Source: Octopus sinensis
Taxonomy: Eukaryota
Assembly (NCBI RefSeq): GCF_006345805.1
Contig: NC_043006.1
Location: 22,134,001 to 22,198,000 of the forward strand
DNA: 64,000 nt
Direction: 5' to 3'
Part shown: positions 38,313-53,349 of the stretch, piece by piece
Numbering within the stretch: the stretch's first letter is position 1
How the letters are laid out: each line of letters opens with the position of its first letter
The notes under the pieces: generated by a model
Databases searched by the model: none
What the model was told of the DNA's origin: nothing
What the model saw: only the letters and a program-made list of their open reading frames with translations
Position numbers and translations under genes: made by a program

Positions 38313-39676
38313 CCTTTCTACTATAAGCACACGGCTTGAAATTTGAGGGAGAGGACTAGTCGACTACATTGACCCCAGTATGCAACTGGTACTTAATTTA
38401 TCAATCCTGAAAAATGAAGGGCAAAGTTGACCTCAGCAGAATTTGAACTCAGAACATAAAGACAGATGAAATACTGCTAAGCAGTTCACCCAGCTTGCTA
38501 ACAATTCTGCCAGCTCGATGCCTTGATGATGATAATCCTTTCTACTATTGGCACAAGGCTTGAAATTTTGTGGGGTAGGGTGGGGTGGGCGGAGGCTAGT
38601 CAATTACATCAACCCCCAGCACGCAACTGGTACTTATTTTATCAACTCTGAAAGGATAAAAGGCAAAGTCAACCTAGGCAGAATTTGAACTCAGAATGCA
38701 AAACCAGAATATAATAACGACACTGATGATGATGATGATGATTCTGTTACTGTATGCTGTTCACATTGTGAGACACACACAACAACAAAGTTGACTTTTT
38801 TTTTTTCTTTTTCTTTTTTGTTGCTGTGTGTGGCAAATAGATGAAATGCAACAAGAGATGAACTACAATAAAAATCCATCCAACCCCTGCCAACATGGCA
38901 AAAACAGACATAAAATTTTGACAATGACGACAACAATGATGTATTGACTCTGGAAGAATGAAAGAGAAAAGTCAATTCATGTAAGATTTGAAGTCAGAAA
39001 TTGGACAAAAAGCAAAAACAACATAAAATGAAATAATCCAAGTATTGTATTTAATCCATTGCTCTACTATTTCTGACAGCCCATAACCACCTTATTAATA
39101 TTGATTTCAAACATAAACACATAGCAACAAAATTTCAGTTTCAGAGAGGGTAGACTTACTTAAATCTATTCTGACACTACTTAAGTGGTGCTTAATTTAT
39201 TAACCCCAGCAGGATTTAAGCTCGGAATATAAAGGCATGTAATTAAGGAGTGCAAGGTGCAGGGTATTTGGTTTGATGGTCTTCTAGTCTGTCTGCCACC
39301 CTTGTCAATCTTCTTAATTATAACATTAATAATTGCATCTCTATCAAGTACAAAGCCATTAACAAGGGTGTGGGGTGATATACAATAAATTCTTAATCCG
39401 CATAAACCTCTGATAATAAACAATGTCACAACAAATTATATCACACTGAGTTGACACTAGATTAATCTTTATACAAAGCATGAAACAGTAATTGAAAAGA
39501 AACAAAAAAAAAAAAAAAACTCCCCTAGCATTTCTGGATGTAAAGAAGACTATTGAAGCTGTGTATAGGTTTGTTTCATCCCCAGAAACACTACCAATGG
39601 CATAGGCCAAATACATCAAGCCATGCTAGATACCGTACTGATGAATTCTCATTCAGTTATTCCTAAAGACCAAAAC

Positions 39677-40075
39677 AGACGCAGGAGTGGCTGTGTGGTA
39701 AGTAGCTTGTTTACCAACCACATGGTTCCGGGTTCAGTCCCACTGTGTGGAATCTTGGGCAAGTGTCTTCTACTATAGCCTCGGGCCGACCAAAGCCTTG
39801 TGAGTGGATTTGGTAGACGGAAACTGAAAGAAGCTCGTCGTATATATGTATATATATGTATGTGTGTGTGTTTGTGTGTCTGTGTTTGTCCCCCTAACAT
39901 TGCTTGACAACCAATGCTGGTGTGTTTATGTCCCCGTCACTTAGCGGTTCGGCAAAACAGACCAATAGAATAAGTACTGGGCTTACAAAGAATAAGTGCC
40001 GGTGTCGAGTTGCTCGATTAAAGGTGGTGTTCCAGCATGGCCGCAGTCAAATGACTGAAACAAGTAAAATAGTAA
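39677..40075 (+). mobile_element. SINE family B, full length
   Basis: Family match. Confidence 0.9.
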
Positions 40076-40287
40076 AATGAGAATGTTAGTGTTTTATTTT
40101 GTCTCCTATTCTTTTATCAAGTTCTACTATATATGGTAACAATGATGTTTAATTGCTCCACATCCAGGGTCATCTGCATCTAGTGGTGGTGGGATTCTAT
40201 GTCTGTTGAAATAGAATCTGACCACCACTAGTCACACCAACACACAGGGGCTTATATTATTTATTAATAGTAAGCTACAGCATATAT

Positions 40288-40519
40288 ATATTTCTTTACT
40301 ACCCACAAGGGGCTAAACACAGAGGGGACTAACAAAGACAGACAAACGGATTAAGTCGATTACATCGATCCCAGTGCGTAACTGTTACTTAATTTATCGA
40401 CCCCAAAAGGATGAAAGGCAAAGTCGACCTTGGCGGAATTTGAACCCAGAACGTAGCGGCGGACGAAATACGGCTACGCATTTCGCCCGGCGTGCTAACG
40501 TTTCTGCCAGCTCGCCGCC
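40288..40519 (-). mobile_element. SINE family A, full length
   Basis: Family match; flanking agcatatata duplication. Confidence 0.9.
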
Positions 40520-43384
40520 AGCATATATAGATTAAGCTACAGCATATATAGATTAGCAGTAGACTCCAAGACCCATGGGGCTCATGGGCAACTGCCTAGT
40601 GTGTCCATGCATTAAGATGGCACTGCCCATGTGAACTAGTGAGATAAACAGAGTCAATGTCTTGACTAATCTGCTTGATCAACTGCAAAGTTTGGGAAAA
40701 ATCTGAGTTCTGAGTTCATGCCTTACACAAAATACAAGCTGTATGTGAAATAGTAGAGTGGATTAATAGTTCATAGGTCTGGAGTTCAAACCTGCAACAG
40801 GCAGTTTGAGTATTTCAGTGCTGAGCACCTTACTCTACACTGCCTCCATTCACCTGAGCTGTCTAAAGTAGGTATCAGGGTCTGAGTCAAGAAAAGGGTT
40901 ATTTAACAGGCACTTAATGCCATGAGGCCTGAACAAAGCAATGGCTTTGGGCTTATGAGCTACTTATATTTACAAGAACATATCTCTGGCACAAATGTTG
41001 ACTTACAAAGGTTCAAGAGGAACATTAATAGCATCGATCTTGCTAGTCTAAGAGGGTCTGCAAAGGTCTTGGACACTGTTCTTTCCTCCATATCCAGCAA
41101 GTAGAAAAAAGGTTTTAACCTTTTGAATGCAGAAAGCAGATATATTTGCTCAAAATTTTATTACCATTAGCTAAAGAGAACAGTGTTATGCCACAGCTTT
41201 GCAAAAAACTTATACTGCAAGAAATGGAGACCCCCCCCCCCCCAATGACACTTTTTACAAAAGACAATATTTTAGATTTTCCTAATTGTTTTGCATATTT
41301 CATCAAATATATTTTTTACAGCGTGAGAACCAAAAACTTTTGGTAGTGTATATGAAAACTATACCTACATGAGATATTGAGAAAGTATTGCAGAAGCAGA
41401 AAATATTGATTCTATTTTTTTCTTGGTGGATAATTAACATTAATACAAATAAATGAACATGAAATTTAATTACACATAGTGAAATAACTACATCAAGGGT
41501 CCCAGATAACTAACATCTTACTTTATGGTGCTTATAGTCTTCGCAATAAATAATTCAATAACCCTTATAACATAAAGTGGTTTCTTAAGGATGACTAGAG
41601 ATAAAATCTTAATCTTCTTCTGATCCTTTAAAATGTCAAGAGATGCTGTGTTTTAATTTCTACACTCCTTGATTTAATGTTACATCAGTGGTGGATGTTA
41701 CATGCTAACATCCAGTAAATAAACTGTCAAAGCATTAGGATCAACATTGTTGGCAGACAATGTCAGTGGACGTCTGAGCTAACTAGGTTTTCATTCATAC
41801 ATGTTCTCAAAACTAGTGCCATAGTCTTGTGAATAGCAAATCAGAGTTTATTTCAGAATTGATTGATTCATTGATTGACTGATTGATTCCCATATCTCAG
41901 AATTCACAATACAAAGTACAGCAATAAATAAATAAACCAAAACAATTTTTTTTTAGCTTTCTAAAAATATCTTAAACAAATATGTTAATGGCTGTTTTGA
42001 AAACAAGCAGTATACTGGCCAATAGCCAAATAGAATCGAAGCAAGAAGAGCGAAAAGAATTCTGTCCTAAATCATATTATCTGAAACACCTCCAGGCAAC
42101 CCCGCTGAAGTTAAAGATAAAGGTGGATTGATCAAACACTAATGCCAATGATTTTGGCACAATAATATTTTCAAGACTAATAGTTAACTAAAACGAGAAT
42201 ATCTTCGGTAACTCTGTAACTGAGTGATTAAATGGTTGGAAGCCAAGAATAGCATATAAACACATTTTTATATCTATTAAACACAGGTGAGATATTCAAC
42301 CAATGATCTGCATCAAGAACTTACGTTGATAAATGAAGACAAACTTTTCATTACAGAAGGATTGTAATCAAATGATGTTTGTTTCTCTCAAGTCAAATGA
42401 CCTGCCTAACCCTTCAAGCTAGCTTATTTTACACACAAACATAACAGAAAACATTTTTTTTTCTATATGACATCAGTTAATAAGTAATCCAATGTAGCCG
42501 GTTTGTCTTTGCTTGTCTGGGCCTAGCCATGCTCAATAAAAACAAGCTCCCCCCTCCCTGCATCTTGAAGGGGAAAGCAATTACTGACAGGAAACAAAAG
42601 AACATGGCTATTGATAAGAATCCAAACAGATGTGAATGAATTATTTCTTGGTACTGAAGACAAAGTTTCATGGCTAAATATTCTCACAATAATAAAAAAA
42701 AGTTATTTTATAACTCAAATTATTTTCTTTGTTTTTCAAGCACTAAATTTTACTTTGGTAACAAGAAGAAAAAAAAAGAGAACATTTGGTTGCTATCTGA
42801 AGCAGAAAATTTCTTTTTATTTCATTCGACCAGACTATATATTTGGAGTAAAAAAATTGGTGGTAGAAATATTTTTGGTATGTTAAATAACTCTTCCCTT
42901 GTTTTACACTCTGAACATGCCAATCTCTTTTTTATGTAACATTGTAAAGCAAATTCTGTTCTTTGCTGTCATGCACAGATTTTATTTTATTATTATTATT
43001 TTTTTTTTTTTTGACCAATGAATGTGAACAGTACTCAGCTGGTGAACTAAATTTCAATGAATTTAGATCTTGTTGTCATTTGACTTTGCTGAATTAAACT
43101 TTTTGGAAAACTCAATTTTAGTTTTTACTTAAACTTGGTACTTATTCTATTGGTCTCTTGTGCTAAATTACTAAGTTATGGCATCGGGATGTAAACAAAC
43201 CAATACCGATTGTCAAGCAGTGGTGGGAAGCAAACACAAAAACACAAACACATAAATCACCAAAACTACCTTTAGGTTGGCTACACTGCCTTCTATACCA
43301 GCATGCTAAAAGGTAGTGCACTTGTGGTTCCATAACTGAAGATTGATCTTGATTGCTCCAGTTTACTTTCTTGTGTTACAGAGT

Positions 43385-44802
43385 GAACACGGCCACTCTG
43401 CTGCCAGTATGCACCAAGGAAGAACAGAGATCAGTAATCCAATTACTCTAGTCTGAAGGTATGTCAGAGGTTGAAATTCATTGCAGGCTTTCAATGCAAT
43501 ATTGGGACAGTGCTTTGCCATGTAGAAGTGCATATGAGTGGATCAAGAAGTTTAAAAATTGTTGGACAAGTGTGAAGCATGAAGAGGGTGCAGGATGCCC
43601 ATCAACCTCTGCCACTGACATGAAGATTCAACAAGCTTAACAGATGAGTGACCACCGATGAGGTGGAAGGTTCTCTGCAAATTAGTCATGGTTCTGCATA
43701 TGAAATCATCCATGTCTGTGCATGATAGGTGTCAAGAGAGCTTACCAAAATGCATAAGTGTAATCATGTGGAGCTCTGTCAATGTTTACTCAACCACTAC
43801 AATGGTGAAGACAAAGCTTTTTTTTGGAGGAAATGAAACCTGAATCCATCACTTCGAGCCAGAATCCAAAAAGCAAAATATGGAGTGGGAACACCTAGAA
43901 TTGCCAGTGAGAAAGAAATTCATGACTCGACCTTCGGAAGAGCAAGTGATACTAACCATTTTTTGGGGGTGCAAAGGACCTATACAGAAGCATTACCTGG
44001 AAAAGGGGTCAACTATGTAGGCTAAAGTGAAATGCAGGTCAACAAACTGAAACCAGCAATTCACACCAAATGCCAAGGTCTATAGTCAGAGCAAGTGTTA
44101 TTATTACATGACAATGTGCACCCACATATGACTGTTCACACTGTTGAAACCATAGAAAGGTTGAGTTTTGAGTTACTGGACCACCTTGCATACAGTACAG
44201 ATCCAGCCCTTCCAATCATCACCTCTTTGGATTGCTCAAACATCCTTTACAAGGGTGTTGATTTACTCAAAGTGATGGATTCAGGTTTCATCTCCTGTGA
44301 CTAAGGCGGCGAGCTGGCAGAATTGTTAGCACGCCGGGTGAAATGCTTAGCGGTATTTCATCTGCTGCTACGTTCTGAGTTCAAATTCCGACGAGGTCGA
44401 CTTTACCTTTCATCCTTTCGGGGTCGATTAAATAAGTACCAGTTATGCACTGGGGTCGATATAATCGACTTAAACTGTTTGTCTGTCCTTGTTTGTCCCT
44501 TCTGTGTTTAGCCCCTTGTGGGTAGTAAAGAAATAGGTGTTTCGTCTGCCGCTACGTTCTGAGTTCAAATTCCGCCGAGGTCGACTATGCCTTTCATCCT
44601 TTCGGGGTCGATTAAATAAGTACCAGTTATGCACTGGGGTCGATATAATCAACTTAAACCGTTTGTCTGTCCTTGTTTGTCCCTTCTGTGTTTAGCCCCT
44701 TGTGGGTAGTAAAGAAATAGGTTGTTGATTTGCTATGGATGAATAAGTTCAGGAAGCAATGCAAAAATGGCAACCTTCTTCTCCGATGGAAAAAGCAAGC
44801 TC
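43385..44802 (+). pseudogene. Decayed mariner (DD34D) transposase interrupted by a SINE A dimer
   Basis: CTKEEQRSVI..., YEWIKKFK, ET*IHHFEPESK, LLLHDNVHPH, AYSTDPA (YSPDLAP remnant); resumes after 44720 (VQEAMQKW..TFFSDG). Confidence 0.87.
44305..44720 (+). mobile_element. SINE family A head-to-tail dimer
   Basis: Full copy 44305-44535, then a 5'-truncated second copy 44536-44720. Confidence 0.9.
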
Positions 44803-45114
44803 AGGTTCAATCCTACTCCATGACACCTTGAGCAAGTACATTCTGCTTTAGCCATGGGCTAGCCACTTGTGAATGGATTTGGTAGATGGAAGCTGAAAGA
44901 AATAAGTCATAGATGTATGAGTGTGTGTGTGTGTGTGTGTGTGTGTGTTGTGTGTGTGTGTGTGTCTTTATGCGTGCATGTGGTACTGTCTCCATGCCTC
45001 GATATCATGTGATAGTTGTAAATGAGTGTCAATTATACAAGCATAGACAACTGGACATTAAAATGATCACACACACATATATATGTATGCATGCATGTAT
45101 GTATGTGTATGTAT

Positions 45115-45168
<54 letters not shown>

Positions 45169-45269
45169 CATATATATAGATAAATAGATAGATAGATGGA
45201 GAGATAAAACTTACTTGGAAGAGGATGTGTGGCGTTCAATCATATAATAATATAAATAATATATATATA

Positions 45270-45358
<89 letters not shown>

Positions 45359-45359
45359 A

Positions 45360-45403
<44 letters not shown>

Positions 45404-45459
45404 TATATATACATACGTATATATGCATACTTACATCTATATGTATATATATATATGCA

Positions 45460-45955
45460 TAAGTGGGTACAGGACATCATGAAATGTATACAACAAAAAA
45501 TATGAAGTACGAGTACATGGAATATGAACTATATTTTCGAACAATGAATGACACAAATGGAAACCAAGACAAACAACACAAAGAACGACCCTTCGTCAGT
45601 TGTTGGCTGTTTTTCTACTCTTGTATTTCGAGCATTTAACAACAAGGTAACACAAACAGGACAGTGAAAACAAACAGGAAGGGCTGCTAAGCCTAAATGA
45701 GGTTGTGGTGGCAAACGCGTAAATCAAGCTTGGGCAGGAGACAGACAAGAACACATCTTCCTTGATCCAACTACAATGGAGAGAAAGAATGAAACAAGTT
45801 AGGAGAAGAAAGACAGCCGATGGTCATGTGGAAGCCACATGAGCAAGGGAGGATGAGTGAGGGAGAGAGTGACAGACAGAGAACTGTGAAGGGGAGAGAA
45901 GAAAATTGGAGAGAGGATAAGTGAGAAAAAACAGAAGGGGGAGAATGTTGGACCA
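45460..45955. mobile_element. Interspersed repeat related to 16325-16740, opposite orientation
   Basis: gggtacaggacatc; cccttcgtcag...tatttcg motif order mirrors the 16.5-kb element. Confidence 0.4.
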
Positions 45956-47469
45956 ATTACCACCATGACATTCTAATACTTCTGCAGTTCTGCCATCCTA
46001 GACTGGTAGTTGATTTATCAGCCCTAGAAGGATGGAAAGCAAAGTTGACCTCAGTAGGATTTGAACTCAGAATGCAACTTGGAATGTAAGTACCACAAGG
46101 TATGTCTTCTGCTGTTCTATTCACTTTGCCAATTTGTTGCTCTCAAAGAGGTCCTTAGTGGAAACTAAATATAGCAAGGTATTTTATTTATCATCAGCAT
46201 TCCAGTCATCTTTAGACAACCATACAGATAGTTTCTATGTCAGTTCCTTCCATTTTCAGGCAATCACAGAGTAACAAATTGATTTTATTTTGTAAATGGA
46301 CTTACTCATGAAAGCCCTCTATTGAATGGGGCTTCATGAAAAAGCCCAGCAATGAAGCCACATATTGTAGAAATATACTCATCACATGTAAGGAGATTAA
46401 TGTAGGAAAGCGATTAGTTAATAGTTCGTATGTCAAAACAGGAAACAGCTACAGAGAGTGAGTTCTTGAAAAGCACTTTTATAGGAAAAGGTCAAAAACG
46501 TTCTGTTCTGTATTGATTTATGGGAAAGATAATAAATGGATGCAGGCATGGCTTTGTGGATAAAGAGTTCGCTTTACAACCACGCTGTTTCAAGTTCTAT
46601 CTCACCAAATGGCACACTGGGTAAGAGTCTTCTTTTGTAGCCTGAGGCTGTGAAGCTTGTGAGTGAAACGGATGGATAAAACAGAGTATATAAGTACATG
46701 TGTGCATGAACCCGTTTGATTGCTTACATTCTGTGTCCTAACAGGCAAAGCAAAGAGCGAAAAAAAACCAAAAGCAGTGATATCTGTTAACATTCCTAGT
46801 TGAAAAAGATCATCTCAGACTTTTACACTTTCAAAGACAGGTGGAATTAAAAAAATATCCATTACTTCAAAAACAGACAAGAGTTATTGAGAAAAGGCAT
46901 CTGGCTATAAAACAATGTCTCCATATATATTTGTCCAACCCATGCTAGCATGAAAAATGGGTACAGAAATGAATGAAGTACTGCTGATACCATTTTATCT
47001 CTCTCTCTCTCTGATATATATATATATATATTATATATACACACATAATAGTGTCAAACCCACCAAGATATCTGATTGGGTAGCTGAGGATGGGGTGTTT
47101 TCTGATTAAGAGGTGTGTGTTTCATAAGAATCTCAGCCATCAAATTCTTTGGTAATACTAATTGTAGTGATTTCATTGTTTCTTTTTTTGGAGAAGGTGG
47201 GTGGGGGCTTGTTAGAGTTTTCTTATGGTAGTTAAAAGTTTTTATATGTGAGAGTAGCTTAGTTTGGGACTTTGAGAAATTTAATAGCAGAAGTGAGGCA
47301 TTATTTTAATGTACTCTTTTCCATGCTTGCATGGGTCAGAAAGAATTTATTGAGAAAACTGCCAAAACAATTATGTCTGACACATGCAAGCATGGAAAAA
47401 AAAAAAAAATAATAATAACAATAATAATAATAATAATAATAATAATAAAGGTGGCAAGCTAACGAAACC

Positions 47470-48133
47470 GTTCTGCACGCACTCGTCCAGTGCCCGAGTA
47501 TTGCTGAACTATGGGTTTATGTCAAACAGCTACTGTCGCGTATAGGACGGATCCGGCTATCAGCTGAATCCATAGTGAGGATTGTCCTGCCGACCTCCTT
47601 TAACCAGGAGGGCAAGGCAGTTTTCCTTTGCCTAGTGGCTATAGCGAAAGAGGTGATATGGTGGACCCGTTTGAAAGGGCTAAGGTCAGACACTTTCCTC
47701 TTTGGCCAAAGCCTCAACTTTTTCAAGTTTCACTTGAAAAGGAAGATGAGAGTAGAGAGGGAAGTGATGTCTGGTTGTAAGTTTATTGAAAGGTGGGTGA
47801 ATGTCGCAAGAATGGCCAGTATGAACGGACCAATTCTGAGGATACACCTGTGAGAATTAAAAGGAAATATAAAAGGAGAAAGGGGCTCTCTACCCCCCTT
47901 TTGATCAGGCTCCCATGGCTTTTATGGGTTTTTCCACGAGTAACCTTTTGAAGCACCTCCCCCTATTGGGAGTTTTGTTACTTGCATTTCGTTGTCATCC
48001 TGCTTTTGTACACACTTTTTCAAATGGACAAAACCCTTTGTAACTTTCGTCCTGTGTTTTGTCCCTTTATGTTTTAATTGATTTTTGTTAGCCCTTGTGG
48101 CCAATAAACAAACGAATTATTATTATTATTATT
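47470..48133 (+). mobile_element. L1/Tx1-like LINE 3' fragment
   Basis: FLCLVAIAKEVIWWTRLKG...FKFHLKRKMRVE...RWV C terminus; 3' UTR ending gcccttgtggccaataaa and (att)n; second copy at 2640-3090. Confidence 0.75.
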
Positions 48134-48469
48134 GCAGCGTCTTTTATGGTTACAGTTCACAAAATAAATATCAATTACAAAAATTTAAGAACTGGTAGTT
48201 TGAGAATAGTTTAAGAATTATTATTATAAATTGATAGAGAAAATTTTAAAAGATATGTATATAAAAAAAAAGGATGCCAACATCTTAGAATTTTTCTGTT
48301 TAATTTTGATCTAATTATAAACATTTAATGCCCAATAAATTACGATGTGACTACAGAAATACAGTATTTTTGATATTTATGGTCTTTGAAAGCTAAATTT
48401 CCTACACAGATTCAAATAACTCAGCTGAACAAAACCATTTTCTCTCTTTTCCTACTCTCTCTCTCTTAC

Positions 48470-48672
48470 CTCTCATACAATATCACAATGATAAAAATAT
48501 AAAAAAAGCAACAAAAACAACAACAAAAAAAGCTAGCAAGAGTATTTCCACATCTAAAAATATTTCCCTTAATGGTTATCAATAATAGACTTGATAATCT
48601 TAATAGAAAAGCTTGTTTTTGGAGAATAATACTGTTTTGGTTTTGTCTGTTAGTATGTCTTGTACTTTTCAT
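48470..48672 (-). CDS. Putative ATG-containing exon (MKSTRH...FFYIFIIVILYE), phase 2 donor
   Basis: 203 nt from ATG to AG|gtaaga donor; phase-compatible with the 29538-29610 exon; non-repeat upstream region. Confidence 0.33.
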
Positions 48673-49289
48673 TGTCTTTCATTTTTAATCTTTTTTTTTT
48701 TTTTCCATTTGTTTTGTCTTCGAGACTTTCAGAATGCACTGGCACTACTGGGCTGCTGAAAGCACCAAGTCACACATTCTACAAAATTGTGCCAGAGTGT
48801 TTAGTTCATTTGAGATCTGTCTGATGTAATGTCTACGTATGAATGAGCAGTGCGTAATGCTTTGTGTTATGTGTGTTCACATGTACTCGTGAGTGCGTAT
48901 GCGTTTGCAATATGTGTCAAAGCAGTAGAAAATGAAAACGAGAGGGAGAGAGGGGGGAGGGATAAGGATAAATGAGAGAAGGGGGACAAAGATAAAAGAG
49001 AGAGAGGAAGAGGAAAAATAAGAAGAGAAGGAATACTATTAAAATGGTAACTAAGCCATCCAGGTGGTACCTTCAGAGGGCAGTGCAGAAGTTCTAAATC
49101 TGTAGAGATCTTATAAAATTGATTTGGTTCATCATGAATTCTCAGAGGGTGTGTATGTGCATGTCTATAGGGGTTTAGGTGTGTGTGTGTGTGACAGAGG
49201 GTGAGGGAGAGAGATGGAAAATGTGCAATGTGATAGAAATAGAAATAAATACTTAAGTTGAACAGTTGTTCTGTTTTTTTTTAAAGGAG

Positions 49290-49965
<676 letters not shown>

Positions 49966-50105
49966 ATGAAAAGATACAAAGAGATTAGTTGCAACAAGGG
50001 GAAGATATGAGTCAAGAGAGAAAAGTAAAAGGAGTGAGCAGAAAGGAAAGAGAAAAGGAGAGAGAGGGGAGTGGGAGTGGGAGAAAGAGAGAGAGAGGGG
50101 AGTGG

Positions 50106-50136
<31 letters not shown>

Positions 50137-51577
50137 ATAGTGTAAGAATGGGTTTGAGAAGTGTTGTCATGACAGATAGATTTCAAAATCTTTGGACCAG
50201 ACCATTGGTTTCGGAACACTTTTTAAAAACTTTTTTACAATTTTTTCTTCATTTTTTTCAATACTTTTGTATTGTCTGGTTAAGTTCCTCACTGTTCAGA
50301 TCTCATGAAATGTGTGTGTGTGTGTGTGTATGGTCGGGTAAATGTGTGTTTTGATAGGAGGAAGAGAGAAGGCATTGATTTTTATCTCTCAACATTCAAG
50401 AGACAAATGAAATGAGCAGCAATGATGCAGACTAAAAGTAATCAAATATATACACAATCCTTATGCCCTGCTCCCACCACAACCACCACTACTACTACTA
50501 ATATCATTTGTGACTAACAAAAATATATAAATAAATAGTTTTTGTTTATAATTTTCTCTCCACTTAAATAATTTCATATCTGTATTTTTGACACCTCTCA
50601 CTTTCAGGGTCCTCATATTCAGGAATGAAAACACAAAAACAAAAAATATATATATAACGAGGATTCGTTGCAGCTAAATAGAGACTAAGTTAGAAGAAAA
50701 TATATTCATCATCATCATCGTTTAACATCCGCTTTCCATGCTGGCATGGGTTGGACGGTTTGACTGAGGACTGGCAAGCCAGATGGCATGCTAACAATTC
50801 TGCCAGTTCACTGCCTTAAAGAAATAATAATAATAATAATAATCCTTTCTACTAAAGGCACAAGGTCTGAAATTTTGGAGAAGGGGACTATTTGATTACA
50901 TTGACCTCAGTGCATTACTGGTACTTATTGATATCAAATTTGGCACAATGCCAGCAATATTGGTTGGACTGGTACCTATTTTATCAACCCCAAAAGAAAG
51001 AAAAGGAAAGTCAACCTCAGTGAAATTTGAACTTAGGACATGAGGATGAGTGAAATGCCACTAAGCATTTCTCCTGGCTTGCTAATGATTCTGCCAGCTC
51101 ACCCGCTTAAAACAGAAATTGGCAGAATATAGTACAAATACAAAGTCTTATTGCCAGAAAACCACCCTTAGATATGTTCCGGCTTTTGGCCCACAAGTGT
51201 ACTTCCTCTTTTTTGTATGCTTCCTACAGTTTCTAGAATGGCTTCGGCTTCTGCAAAGTGACTGGACTCAATCCACCTCTTCGCCATTCAGGCATCTCCG
51301 ATTCACTTATCTCTCTTCCTCTCATCAAGTTTGTTGTGACCAACCTGGCTCAACTAAGCCCCACACTACTCACTAAACCCAGGTCCTTCCTTCCTTAACT
51401 GTCTGTCAGCCCTCTAGAATTCTCTCCTACTTTATATCTTTCCTGCAATTATTGATTTATAAAGGTCCAAGAGGAACATAAATGGCATCAGTCTTACTTG
51501 CTGTAGGGGGGGCCTATGAAGGCCATAGCCACTGTCCCCTACTCTTGCAACAAACAAAAAATTCAAATGGTTTAAGT

Positions 51578-51890
51578 CAGGGGTTCTCAACCATTTTTAT
51601 CTATGGACCCCTTTGATTGCTATTTTATTCTGGTGGATCCCCAGATTTTGAAATTCCTATTTTGTTTTTCACATATTAACTTGTTTAGGTTGAACTACAT
51701 AAAATGCTAGAGAAAGAAAGCTACTGTTTCTTGCAAGACATACCAATATATGCATCTAAAACAAAATATTTTCAGGGGCCCTTAAAATACTTATTGTGGA
51801 TGCCCAATTTACTATTTTGTTGCGTGGACCCCACCAAAATCTTAATTATGGACACTCAGGAGCCATATGAACACTGGTTGAGAATCACTG
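51578..51890. mobile_element. hAT-type MITE
   Basis: TIRs caggggttctcaacc / ggttgagaatcactg; 8-bp TSD gtttaagt / gtttaaat. Confidence 0.85.
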
Positions 51891-52090
51891 GTTTAAATGC
51901 TTTGGGCCTATCCTCACCCATGCTCATGAATGCTGAGTAATAACCAAAAAAAGGTATGAGCACGAATACAAACGGCTGAATTTGGGTTTGTATGAAGAAT
52001 CTTAAGAGTAACATAACCTGTAAGGGTTTATAGCTCTTGGTTGAGTTGCTACTTCTCTGCATGGATAGGCCACAGATCCAATATTACAGA

Positions 52091-52455
52091 ATGTGGGTAG
52101 AGTCCTCAGGCACATACTCCAAAGGGTCCTATCAGAAACAGCCATCATTAAACTTTCTCGATGGATTCCTGGGCATGACCAATGGAGACTCTGGATATTA
52201 TCCAATTATCTCATTCTTGCTCAACCCCTAGATCTCCTGCTGGTTAGCTTGGCTTGAATATTCTACCTTATAGTTATAGGTAGAATATTCAAGCCAAGCT
52301 AACCAGCAGCAGATCTAGGGGTTGAGCAAGAATGAGATAATTGGATAATATCCAGAGTCTCCATTGGTCATGCCCAGGGATCCATCTGGAAAGTTTAATG
52401 ATGGCTGTTTCTGATAGGACCCTTTGGAGTAGGTGCCTGAGGACTCTACCCACAT
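52091..52455. repeat. Near-perfect long inverted repeat (178-bp arms, ~9-nt loop)
   Basis: 52091-52268 is the reverse complement of 52278-52455 with only a few mismatches. Confidence 0.95.
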
Positions 52456-53180
52456 GAACCTCCCAGGAACGGTGAGCAGAGATGATGGTTGGATGCATGG
52501 ATGGTTTGTATAAATAGAATAGAAAATAAAAATTGTTTAATACTTTCAAGAATTCCTTGAACAGAATTTTATAGATAGCAACATACACTAACACAAATAA
52601 ATTTAACCAGGAAATAACTGCATTCCATCAATCTACAGAGCTGATAATGAGTGCCACATGTATTTCAGCCACATGTAAAGACCACCCCATTCAATACACA
52701 GGCAAATGATCAAATCTACAAAAACCAATCGATTCAAGCAAGAACGGGAAAATGGATAATAAAGAGATTAAGAAGCACCACTGTTTCTTCTTTTCCTTCC
52801 TCCTTCAGTCAGCAACTAAGGCATGTTTCAATGATTTTAATATCTTTACCTTTACCATAATCACCACCATCACCACCACTGCCGATGCCAACGTCACTAC
52901 TAATACCACAATACTGCTTGCATTCATGATCCACACCAGCATCAGTATCAAGACCACCAACACATGAATATCATCAACAGTAACATTGAAATCACATTTG
53001 CCACTGCCACTGGCACCACAACAGATACTATGGGAAAAAAATATAGTAAACCTGATTAAATAATTCTAGCTCATTTCCTTCTCCAGAAACAAGAGTTTGG
53101 GCTTTCATGGATCATATAAACCGATACAATCACAAACACACACATATATATATATATAAAATTAATATATATATAATTAA

Positions 53181-53310
53181 TTACCAACCACATGGTACCA
53201 GGTTCAGTTCCACTGCGTGGCACCTTGGGCAAGTGTCTTCTACTATAGTCTCGGGCCGACCAAAGTCTCGTGAGTGGATTTGGTAGACGAAAACTGAAAG
53301 AAGCCCATCG

Positions 53311-53349
<39 letters not shown>

